Shown here: piece by piece, positions 27,625 through 36,382 of the stretch
Layout of the letters: every line of letters starts with the position of its first letter
Position numbering within the stretch: position 1 is the stretch's first letter
DNA from: a candidate division WOR-3 bacterium
GTDB lineage: Bacteria > Hydrothermota > Tepidihabitantia > B3-TA06
Assembly: GCA_965649265.1 (NCBI GenBank)
Contig: CBFGKC010000005.1
Location: 128,629-192,628, forward strand
DNA: 64,000 nucleotides
Reading direction: 5' to 3'
Position numbers and translations under genes: made by a program
The notes under the pieces: generated by a model
What the model was told of the DNA's origin: nothing
Databases searched by the model: none
What the model saw: the letters and a program-made list of their open reading frames with translations, nothing else

Positions 27625-29220
27625 CTATTTCACGATTACGGCCTTCACCGGCTTTGCAGAGGCTCCTTCGGGCACGATGAAATAAACCCCGCACTTCTCC
27701 TGCACGAAGCCCTGATGTGTTACGGGTGTTACGGGTGTTACGGGTGTTACGGGCCATCGGATTGTACCCTGAGTTTGGGGAGAGTGCAGTTCGTCCACCT
27801 TGCGGCCCGACGCGTCGTAGACCTGCGCCCGGAAACCGTTAGTAAAGTTGGAATAACGAAGGGTGATCTCCGAGCCGATTGGAGAGACTATCTCCAGTTC
27901 TGAGGAGGGCTGGTGTGTTACGGGCGAGGAGGGCTCGGTGATGCCCACACCCATGTTCCAGTCGGTGACGAGGGCGTAGGCTTTCCAGGTTGTGTCGGGC
28001 TCCATGCGCGAGTACACCCACACGATGCGATCGGCGTTGCATGCGACTGCGGGCGGCTGCGGGTCGGCGTCGCATATCGTGTCAGCGCCGAAGGGCGGAG
28101 AAACCTCAAAGATGGCTGTACTTCGCCAGGGTTCGTTGTCTAAGAACTCGCCGAGAACCCCGGCCTGGTGCTGCCACATGATGAGGTTCGTGTCTTTGAA
28201 CATCTTGTGTGCGCGGTCGAATGCGGCCACAAAATGTTCGCCGTCTATGTAGGTTGAATAGTCCCCGCGATAACTACCCCACATGATTATAGTCGAGTCA
28301 TTTTCATCAAACACCAACTGTTTTACAGAATGTCTGGATAAACCCTTTTCCGAAAACACCGTTCCCTTAAGTCTTGCTATTCCCATATTTCCGTCGAACC
28401 AGAAGATAACAAAGCGATCATTGTCAAGCCAGTGAGGCTCGGAGCGGCTGGCGTCCTGACCTGTAGGTCCAACCTCCTCAACTTGATGACCTTCGGGCGC
28501 CCAGTCGAAAACAGGCTTGTTGTTCTTGTCAAATACCTGAAAACGAGCGTAGATCTGACCTGTCTGAACAAACTTCAGCCAGGTTACGACAATGTCCCCA
28601 GAGTCGTTTAGCGCGACCTGAGGATACATTAAAGAACCTTCGCTCCAGGCACTATCATGTGCTATGAAAGGTTCACACAAAGGATTCCCTGTAAAATCAT
28701 ATCTTCGAATGTAAACATAGTTGGATCTGCCATCTCCGACTGCCCCATTCCAGACCACTGCAAACTGGTTTTGATTGTTGCAGCTAACCCCTAAAGGTTT
28801 TGTCTTTGTCAGATATCCCCGGTAAATGGCCTGCGGAGTATCCAGTGGGGTTCCGTCTTTATCGAATACCTGAAAACGCAGGTAGTTGTCGTTAGATAAA
28901 TGTGTTGGTGATTCCGACCATAAGAGGACACTATTTCCTTCAGAGTCCATGTCCAGTTCCGGTTTACACACCCAAAAAGAATCTGTGCTTTTTTTGATCT
29001 TGATCGCATCGGTCGACGGAGCGCAGTTTCTTGAAAAAAACCTCACCCATAGTTTATAATTATCTTTTGTACCTGTGCTGTCTATCCACGCAACTACTAA
29101 TCTTCCATCTTGCGCCATATCTACTCGTGTTGCGACTTGCTGGTAGCCGGGACCGGCTTCACCGATTCTGAACGGCTCTACCAAAACCCCAGCGAAAAGA
29201 ACGACGCTTAAAACCCACAT
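27625..29220 (-). CDS. Secreted beta-repeat protein with T9SS-like CTD
   Basis: ATG 29220 after AGGAGG; repeated P.VA...G..VV.W..Y.Q.FD..G.P units; YDASGRKV..GVYFI. Confidence 0.8.
   Translation of the reverse strand: MWVLSVVLFAGVLVEPFRIGEAGPGYQQVATRVDMAQDGRLVVAWIDSTGTKDNYKLWVRFFSRNCAPSTDAIKIKKSTDSFWVCKPELDMDSEGNSVLLWSESPTHLSNDNYLRFQVFDKDGTPLDTPQAIYRGYLTKTKPLGVSCNNQNQFAVVWNGAVGDGRSNYVYIRRYDFTGNPLCEPFIAHDSAWSEGSLMYPQVALNDSGDIVVTWLKFVQTGQIYARFQVFDKNNKPVFDWAPEGHQVEEVGPTGQDASRSEPHWLDNDRFVIFWFDGNMGIARLKGTVFSEKGLSRHSVKQLVFDENDSTIIMWGSYRGDYSTYIDGEHFVAAFDRAHKMFKDTNLIMWQHQAGVLGEFLDNEPWRSTAIFEVSPPFGADTICDADPQPPAVACNADRIVWVYSRMEPDTTWKAYALVTDWNMGVGITEPSSPVTHQPSSELEIVSPIGSEITLRYSNFTNGFRAQVYDASGRKVDELHSPQTQGTIRWPVTPVTPVTPVTHQGFVQEKCGVYFIVPEGASAKPVKAVIVK
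27718..27753 (-). repeat. (CCCGTAACA)x4 inside the CTD coding sequence (PVT repeats)
   Basis: TGTTACGGG x4 on the + strand. Confidence 0.9.
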
Positions 29221-29272
29221 AAAGGCCTCCTTTTTAAAGACTAGGCTGATTCGAAAGGTTGTCAAGGAGTTT

Positions 29273-29298
29273 GTGGAGGGGCATTAATGCCCCTCCAC
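29273..29298. other. Perfect 26-bp palindrome between two secreted-protein genes
   Basis: GTGGAGGGGCATTAATGCCCCTCCAC; terminator or processing hairpin. Confidence 0.6.
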
Positions 29299-29309
29299 TC
29301 TTTGTTTTC

Positions 29310-29846
29310 TTACCAGGTTGACGCCCTTTCAAGATAAATAGTTCCGCCGCCTGAAACAGAGTAAGTACCACCCGATACATCCCAATTGCCGCCAGCAACA
29401 GGAGGTCTGCTATTGTAGTCAAAATAATTACCTGCACCGTCAGTATCCCAGGTTCCCCAGATATAGAGACCTGATTTGTTCGTGCTGGCGCACCATGTGC
29501 CTGAGCCTTCCTTGGTTCCACTCTGACCTGTTTCTTTTATGCCAGAAAACTTCGAGTGTGAACTGTATGTTGTACCGGTGAGAATAAGTGTATCGGGGGT
29601 CCCCTCGTTGTTTATGAAATAAGCCACGAAGCTGGTCGAATCGACAAGAAAGGTATCCACGTCACCGGAGTGGCAGACAGTACTGCCGCTTGAACTGGTA
29701 GGACTAAAGGTGTAGGTTTTCAGACTATAGGTAATGGTTCCGGTCGCAAAGAAGCCTGACCACTTTTCGTAGTAGGCCTGCGCTGTTGTTGCCGCCGCCA
29801 GCATAGTGATAATGACGGCGAGGATGAGGGCTTTATGTTTGCCCAT
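29310..29846 (-). CDS. Secreted G/S/T-rich beta protein of unknown function
   Basis: SD AGGAGG; signal peptide ending AQA; GTW repeats. Confidence 0.75.
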   Translation of the reverse strand: MGKHKALILAVIITMLAAATTAQAYYEKWSGFFATGTITYSLKTYTFSPTSSSGSTVCHSGDVDTFLVDSTSFVAYFINNEGTPDTLILTGTTYSSHSKFSGIKETGQSGTKEGSGTWCASTNKSGLYIWGTWDTDGAGNYFDYNSRPPVAGGNWDVSGGTYSVSGGGTIYLERASTW

Positions 29847-30033
29847 GGTTCCTCCTTTCTTCACTTCTCATTGTTTTTTTTCAGGAATCCTGTCTTTCCC
29901 GACTTACCCTCGTCGATATGATTATAGTCAAAAAAAAAACAGCATGTCAAGTTTTTTACGCCGCCAAGGTCTTCCGAAGCTGCTCAACTATCAATCCGAT
30001 TGACAGGATTCTAAGTCGCCGTATGATTTGGGG

Positions 30034-31584
30034 ATGAGAGCGCAGGTGCAGCGTGCCGGAGCCGTGAGCCGCGGGGGGGGGAGGGTATACGTCTTCACGA
30101 GTGTCGTGTTTGCTATACTTGCAGCATATAAGACCATCCAGCACCTGACCTTCAACACCTACGCCTACGATCTTGGCATTCGCGCGAGCATCCTTTACAA
30201 CATGGCGTTCCGCGGCCGGGTATGGGACTCGCTTCACAATCTGCACGGCTTCTCCGGTCACTTTCATCCCATAAGTTACTTTCTGGCAGGACTTTACTGG
30301 ATCTGGCCGAACGCCCTGCTCCTCTGCCTGCTCCAAGCTGCAGCGGTGAGCGCGGGGCTTCTTCTCTTCGTGCTGTTGATGGAGAGGCTTGTGGAAGACC
30401 CCAGATTGCATCTGCCGCTGATCGCGCTTTTTTTGATTAACCCCTTTTTGCATAACGTGTTGTGTTACGATTTTCATCCTGAGGTTTTCGCCATACCGTT
30501 GACTCTCTTATTTTTTCTCCTGATGGAGAGGGGCGATGAGAAGAACGAGGATAAAGGCGCAGGGCAGAATTCGGGCAGTGCACGGAGGAGGGGTTCCCGT
30601 GGCGATGGGAATCAACGTCTTGGGGTGCTCTGGTTGGCATTGATCCCTGCGCTTTGTCTTTTAGCGCTCAAGGAAGACATGGGAATCCTCGTCTTCTCGC
30701 TCGGAATCTTCTCTCTGTTAAAGAGGGGATGGGGGGCAGGAATCCTCTTGTGTGTTACGGGCCTTGCGTGGCTGCCCTTCGCGCTACTGTTCGTTATCCC
30801 GCACTTCCAATCGTCAGGACAACCCACCCTTATCTCCCTTCATTACCAGGGTCTGGGTTCCGATGGAGGAGAGATAATGGTCACACTGCTCAGGAAACCG
30901 TGGCTCATTTTGACGCAGGTCTTTGGAAGACCCCAGACGCTTTTGACCGTCGCCTTGCTCACGGCATCGGTCGGAGCGTTCGCGCTCACTCGCTGGGAGG
31001 CCGCGCTCGCCCTTCCCCTGCTTGCCGCCCACCTTGTGTCGAATAACCCTCACCAGATGGACCTCTTGTGGCATTACTCTGCCGGCATCCTGCCTTTATT
31101 GTTGTATTCAACCCTTAAGGGCGTGCAAAGTCTGGCGTCCCGCATCAAGCCCGCCGGTCTCAGGGAGAGGACAAGTGATCGGGTCAGTCCCGGGGTTCGC
31201 CGGAGAAGTTCAAAGAGCGCGCCGTGGCTGATCTGGGCGAGTCTCGTGCTCGCGGTGCCGGCCGTAATTCTGCGATTCCCCAATCCCTTCGCGGAGGGTA
31301 TAAACCCTGCAAGGATCGAGGAGACGTATCGCCTGGCGGAAATGATTCCAGAGGACGCTTCGCTTTCTGTATCCAACAATCTTGCGCCGCATTTTGTGAA
31401 CAGAAGCGAGGTGGCTCTTTACCCTGCAATTGAGGGTTCGCAGTACGTGCTGGTCGATCTCGAGGCAAACATATACCCCGCGAAGTGGAAACAAAGGTAC
31501 GAAGAGTTCGCAATGCTGACCTCAGGTTACGATACGATTTACTCCCGGAGAGGACTCATGCTTCTCAGGCTCAGCAAGGATTGA
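30034..31584 (+). CDS. DUF2079 family membrane protein (GT-C-like)
   Basis: AYDLGI; HFHPI; YDFHPE; LKEDMG; HYSA; probably leaderless behind TTGACA-N16-TATGAT. Confidence 0.82.
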   Translation: MRAQVQRAGAVSRGGGRVYVFTSVVFAILAAYKTIQHLTFNTYAYDLGIRASILYNMAFRGRVWDSLHNLHGFSGHFHPISYFLAGLYWIWPNALLLCLLQAAAVSAGLLLFVLLMERLVEDPRLHLPLIALFLINPFLHNVLCYDFHPEVFAIPLTLLFFLLMERGDEKNEDKGAGQNSGSARRRGSRGDGNQRLGVLWLALIPALCLLALKEDMGILVFSLGIFSLLKRGWGAGILLCVTGLAWLPFALLFVIPHFQSSGQPTLISLHYQGLGSDGGEIMVTLLRKPWLILTQVFGRPQTLLTVALLTASVGAFALTRWEAALALPLLAAHLVSNNPHQMDLLWHYSAGILPLLLYSTLKGVQSLASRIKPAGLRERTSDRVSPGVRRRSSKSAPWLIWASLVLAVPAVILRFPNPFAEGINPARIEETYRLAEMIPEDASLSVSNNLAPHFVNRSEVALYPAIEGSQYVLVDLEANIYPAKWKQRYEEFAMLTSGYDTIYSRRGLMLLRLSKD

Positions 31585-31653
31585 CAAAAGCCGGTTGTTT
31601 GATTAGTCTTTAACTCGAAGTTTGTTAAAGGATTAAGGACAAAGGAGGGTCTT

Positions 31654-34600
31654 TTGCTCCGTAAGGAAACAAGACACAAGCTCAAACCTTTCGTTGCCGG
31701 CGATGTGCTTCCTGCAAAAGGTCGGGGCGTTGCCCCTGGCGAGGTCATAGAGGAGCAAACGCTCGTTTTTGTGGAGATAGGGGGAGCGGACTCGCTTTCA
31801 GACGCAATAGCTTCCAGGGGCGCCGAGGGTGTCGAGGAGTTCACGGGTCTCATCAACAATTTTTTCGAGCGGATTTTGAAAACGATCGAGCAACTCGGCG
31901 GCACGGTCATGAACTTCTCCGCGCATTCTCTTCTGGCAGGTTTCAAGGGCTCCTCCATTGAGAGCCGTCTTGCAGCGGCCACTTGCGCCTGGAATATTTG
32001 CGAGCATCCGGATAACCGGGATTCACGGAAAAAGGAAAAGAGCCTGGATTTACGCGTACGGGTTGCCGCAGGACCCGTTAAGGACTTCAGGCTCGGCAGC
32101 GATACGAGGCTCGTTCGGCTTGTAACCGGTGATGCCGTCAGAAAAGCCTGCGGTTTCGGGCTAAAGCCTCCACCTTTCAAAGTTTTTACGGCTCACGAGG
32201 TCATGGACGGACTGAATGATTATTTCGATTTCAAGGTGAGCGAGGACGGGTGTGAGATAGTAAAGCCCCTCAAGCCTTACGAGGTCCAGGTCGTGGAATC
32301 CCAAAGCAATGAAATTGGCCGGGGCATTGAAGCCCTTTTACCCAAATGGCTCGTAGACAGGATCGTATCTCTGCCTGAGGAACAAAAGCTTCCGGGCGAC
32401 TATCGCTACGGCACCCTTTTGTGCAATAATTTCTGGAACGTAGACGAGGATTTCAAGACCACGAACGAGTACGTAAGTCATGCCTTGCGGCTCATAACCA
32501 AGTACGGCGGAACCGTGGAAAGACTGGAACCCTGCAAGGAAGGATTCTTGATCACTGGCCTCTTCGGCATTCCCCTGGCGGCGGAGGACGACGAAAAACG
32601 CGCGTCGCTCGCGGCCAGGGAGCTTCTCTCCTCATCGCCCGGAGGTGCCTCCCAGCGAACAGGCATATCGTCAGGATTCATCTTCTCCTCGGTTATTGGC
32701 TCAGATGCCCGTAAAACATTCACGGTCGCGGGACGCAGGGTAAGAAATGCAATGAGCGCGATGGAGGGCGCGTCCGAGCACGAGGTGCTGGTCACGAGAC
32801 AGGTCAAGGAGCAAATCCAGTCGATGTTCACGCTTTCTGAGGCCACGCTAAAAACCGGCGATCTCAAGGACGTCTACGTTCTCGGAGAACGAAGGGTAGA
32901 TGTTAACTGGCTCATCCCTCCTGACGAACCGTTGATCGGAAGAGATAAGGAACTCGCCTATCTTTTTGATCTCATGGGCCGCGTGGCCCAGACCAAAAGC
33001 GGGCTCGCGGTGACCTTGTCGGGGGAGGAGGGGGTCGGGAAGATGCGCCTCGTACAGGAGTTTTGCGAGCGCGCAAGAAAGGCCGCATTTACGGTTGCCG
33101 GAGGCCGGGCGGCGAGCTTCGGGAGGGCAATACCTTATCTCCCGTGGATAGACTTGTTCCGCGTGCTTCTGGCCGAGGGCAAGGGCAGAGTTGAGCAGCG
33201 GGCGCTGGAGCGCGCACTTCATTCCATCGAGCGGCCCGACTGGCTTCCTTTGCTGGCCTCTCTCGTCGGGCTCGATTCGGAAGATAACGAATTCACCCGT
33301 TCACTCGGGCCGCAGGAGCGAAAACAAAAGATCTTCGCCATGCTTCTCGAGCTTGTAACTCACTACTCTGGAGAAAACCATCTCCTTTTAATCTTCGACA
33401 ACTGCGACTGGATGGACTCGCTCTCGCGTGAACTGACCGCAGGGTTGATAGATATAATCTCGGACTTCCCGATGCTCCTTGTAATGCTCTCCAGGCCCTC
33501 GACCGAACCGCAGCCCTGGAACGAGAGCAAAGTGCACAGCGAGCTGCGCATCATGCCTCTCGACAGGGAAAACTCCGACCTGCTGGTGGAGGCAAAGCTC
33601 CGGACGATGGAAGTTGACCCGGCGTTGTGCGAACGGGTGTGGAACCTTTCGCACGGGAATCCCTTGTTCATTGACGAGTTTTTGATGCTTCTCGATTCGA
33701 CCTCGGCGTTAAAGAAAGAAGGCTCAAGGGTCACCCTCGTGCCTGGGGTTCAGATAGACACTCTCCCTCCCAATATAAAGAGAGTGCTTTCCGCCCGCAT
33801 CGATCTCCTTAACGACCGTGCAAAGAGTCTTCTGGCAATTGCGGCCGTGATAGGCCAGACGTTCGAGCTTGGCGTTCTGAACGGTATTCAGGAGATAGCG
33901 AACAACGAGGCGCTCGAGCGCCAGCTCAGTCTACTTGAACATCATGGCCTGCTGTCTCGTTCAAAGGATGCTCCGGCAGTATGGGAGTTCAAGAACATTC
34001 TTACCCGTGAAGCGGCACACGATTCGCTGCCGTTCGAACAGTCAAGGCTTTATCACGAGAAACTTGCCAGGCTGCTCGAATCAAAAGGCCTCCCCCCCTC
34101 GCAGATTCTCGAGCACTACGCACACACGAAGGACGAAGATAAGATTCTGGAGTATCTTGTCTTCTCCGCGGAAAAAGCGGCAGCTCAATTTGCCAACGAG
34201 GAGGCCGTCAAGCAGTACCGTGAAGCGGCAAAGCTTATTTCAAGGCGAAAGGACATGGCGCACACCCTTAAGCGTTTCGAAGTCCTTCTCGAAGTCGAAA
34301 GGATAGACGGGCTCATGGGTCATAGAGATGAGCAGGCCAGAGATTTGAAAACATTGCTGATGCTCGCCTTATCTCTCGAGGACGAGTCGAAACTCGGCAT
34401 GGTCCTTTCACGCGAGACCAGCTTCTTCTATACCGTCGGCGACTACTTGCGCGCACTCGAGAAAGGTGTTAAAGCCGAGGAACTGCTCGAGAGAACAGGT
34501 GCCGACGAGGAGCTTGTCGTGATAATAATCGCATTGACGCGAATACTCGAGGCTCTCGGCAGGTTAGGTGATGCCTTAAAGCGGCTCGAGAATGCGAAAT

Positions 34601-35811
34601 CCCTCGCCGACCGGCTAGGGAAACCCTCTCTTAAAGCCATGGTTGCAAGCGAATTCTCGAGCTACTACCAGTTAGAAGGCAACTACCGCGAAGCGCTGAA
34701 ATTCCTGAACGTCGCGCTCTCCGAGTTCCGCAAGGCCAAGGATACGAATGCCGAAGGAAGGATAGCCGGTCAGCTCGGAATCGTCTACAAGTATCTCGGG
34801 CTTTATGAACAGGCCCGCAGCTCGTACAATACCGCGCTCGACCTGGCGGTCAAAACGGGCGACCAGAGAAAAGAGGCGACGCTTCTCGGAAACCTGAGCA
34901 TCATCAACAAGAATATGGGTGACTACGAAAAGGCCCTCGAATACGGCGGCCGCGCGCTCGAGATCGCCCGCCGGATAAAGGACCTGCACGGCGAGGGCAC
35001 GCTTCTGGACACCATGGGAAACGTGAACCGTGCTCTCGGGAGGTTCGAGGAAGCGATAGACAACCTCTCCGGTGCCATAAAAATAGCCCAGGAGACCGGC
35101 GAGAAACCGCTGGAGAGCAAGCACATGAGCAACCTCGCGAATGTTTATTCCGAACTCGGCGACTACGACAAGGCTCTTGAGCTTGAGAAACGTTCCGTCG
35201 ATATTTCAAGGGAAGTCGGGGCAATAAAAAGTGAGGCTCTGTCGTTGTTGAAACTCGCAGCCCTCGAGCCAAAAGACGCAAGGCATACCGAAAGCCTGAT
35301 TCGCAAGGCGGCAAAGATATTCGAGGAGACCGGTGCAGAGGCTCTTTACCTGGATTCGCTGGTTGAACTGGCCTGGCATCACGTCAAGAACGGAAATCTC
35401 GTCCAGGCCAACGACGAGGCCGATAAGGCTCTCTCCGCCGCGCGTAAGAAAAGCCTGCATCAAGTGGAAGCTGCGGCGCTCCGTATCCAGGCCGAGGCTC
35501 AAATGGCGCAAAGGGACCCCAGCGCGGCCTTCTTCCTCTCTGGCAAGGCCCTGAGCGTACTCAAGGAAAACGGGCTCAGAGACACCAAAACCTTCCTGAC
35601 TCATGCCAGGGTTCTTTCAGCCCTCGGCAAGTTTTCAGAAGCCGTAGCGATAGTCGACGAACTCTATGCGGATTTTCGTGCGAAAGCCGAAGCGATAAAG
35701 AACGAACGGCTGAGGAAGAGCTTCATTGAATCGGTTGAGGTCAATGCCGAGATTTCGGCCCTCTGGAACAAGCTGCACCACAAGAAAGGCACGGGAAAGC
35801 ACGGCTCTTAA
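31654..35811 (+). CDS. STAND-like protein: two degenerate class III cyclase domains + AAA ATPase + TPR
   Basis: Cyclase-fold remnants (LFGIP.A.EDD..RA); IGRDKEL; Walker A GEEGVGKMR; FDNCDWMD; GNPLFI; many TPRs. Confidence 0.85.
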   Translation: MLRKETRHKLKPFVAGDVLPAKGRGVAPGEVIEEQTLVFVEIGGADSLSDAIASRGAEGVEEFTGLINNFFERILKTIEQLGGTVMNFSAHSLLAGFKGSSIESRLAAATCAWNICEHPDNRDSRKKEKSLDLRVRVAAGPVKDFRLGSDTRLVRLVTGDAVRKACGFGLKPPPFKVFTAHEVMDGLNDYFDFKVSEDGCEIVKPLKPYEVQVVESQSNEIGRGIEALLPKWLVDRIVSLPEEQKLPGDYRYGTLLCNNFWNVDEDFKTTNEYVSHALRLITKYGGTVERLEPCKEGFLITGLFGIPLAAEDDEKRASLAARELLSSSPGGASQRTGISSGFIFSSVIGSDARKTFTVAGRRVRNAMSAMEGASEHEVLVTRQVKEQIQSMFTLSEATLKTGDLKDVYVLGERRVDVNWLIPPDEPLIGRDKELAYLFDLMGRVAQTKSGLAVTLSGEEGVGKMRLVQEFCERARKAAFTVAGGRAASFGRAIPYLPWIDLFRVLLAEGKGRVEQRALERALHSIERPDWLPLLASLVGLDSEDNEFTRSLGPQERKQKIFAMLLELVTHYSGENHLLLIFDNCDWMDSLSRELTAGLIDIISDFPMLLVMLSRPSTEPQPWNESKVHSELRIMPLDRENSDLLVEAKLRTMEVDPALCERVWNLSHGNPLFIDEFLMLLDSTSALKKEGSRVTLVPGVQIDTLPPNIKRVLSARIDLLNDRAKSLLAIAAVIGQTFELGVLNGIQEIANNEALERQLSLLEHHGLLSRSKDAPAVWEFKNILTREAAHDSLPFEQSRLYHEKLARLLESKGLPPSQILEHYAHTKDEDKILEYLVFSAEKAAAQFANEEAVKQYREAAKLISRRKDMAHTLKRFEVLLEVERIDGLMGHRDEQARDLKTLLMLALSLEDESKLGMVLSRETSFFYTVGDYLRALEKGVKAEELLERTGADEELVVIIIALTRILEALGRLGDALKRLENAKSLADRLGKPSLKAMVASEFSSYYQLEGNYREALKFLNVALSEFRKAKDTNAEGRIAGQLGIVYKYLGLYEQARSSYNTALDLAVKTGDQRKEATLLGNLSIINKNMGDYEKALEYGGRALEIARRIKDLHGEGTLLDTMGNVNRALGRFEEAIDNLSGAIKIAQETGEKPLESKHMSNLANVYSELGDYDKALELEKRSVDISREVGAIKSEALSLLKLAALEPKDARHTESLIRKAAKIFEETGAEALYLDSLVELAWHHVKNGNLVQANDEADKALSAARKKSLHQVEAAALRIQAEAQMAQRDPSAAFFLSGKALSVLKENGLRDTKTFLTHARVLSALGKFSEAVAIVDELYADFRAKAEAIKNERLRKSFIESVEVNAEISALWNKLHHKKGTGKHGS

Positions 35812-35961
35812 ACAAGACGCATTCGACGGCGGGCTGACCGTGTGCGAGAGCAGCAAGTAGAATGCGGAAACGCTTTCGAGTCGCTCAGCGCCGGGACGCG
35901 CGATTCTTGCCGACAATCAAATGACGATTCCGGCGGATGCCGGAGATTGGATTCTTCAGCC

Positions 35962-36381
35962 TCACTCGCCTACGAGCTGGACGTGCAACGTTCTTTCACG
36001 CGGGCGGTTGTCGAAATCTATAAAGACGACCTGCTGCCACGTCCCGAGGGTAAGCTTACCTTTTCTGAATGGGAGGGAGAAGGTTGTTCCGACAAGTGCC
36101 GCGCGCAGATGGGCGAAACCGTTGGCGTCACCCCATGTCGCGTCATGATGATAGGATTTGGATTGAGGGATAAGCTTCTCGAGAAGCTCCCTCAGATCTT
36201 CGACGACCCCGGGCTCATATTCGATTGTTGTTATCGCGCCGGTGGAGCCGGAAAGGGCGACCACGAGTATGCCGTCGGAAAGCCCGCTTGAGGCAAGGAC
36301 CCGGCGAAGTTGAGGGGTGATATCGTGGACGTCGGTGAGGCCCTTCGTCTTCAGGTGAAACTCTTCCGAGCGGACGGGCAC
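35962..36381 (-). CDS. yjbQ: YjbQ / UPF0047 family protein
   Basis: GST.AITTIEYEPG; YHHD; NG.AHLRA; LGTWQQ..DFD. Confidence 0.92.
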   Translation of the reverse strand: MPVRSEEFHLKTKGLTDVHDITPQLRRVLASSGLSDGILVVALSGSTGAITTIEYEPGVVEDLRELLEKLIPQSKSYHHDATWGDANGFAHLRAALVGTTFSLPFRKGKLTLGTWQQVVFIDFDNRPRERTLHVQLVGE

Positions 36382-36382
36382 C

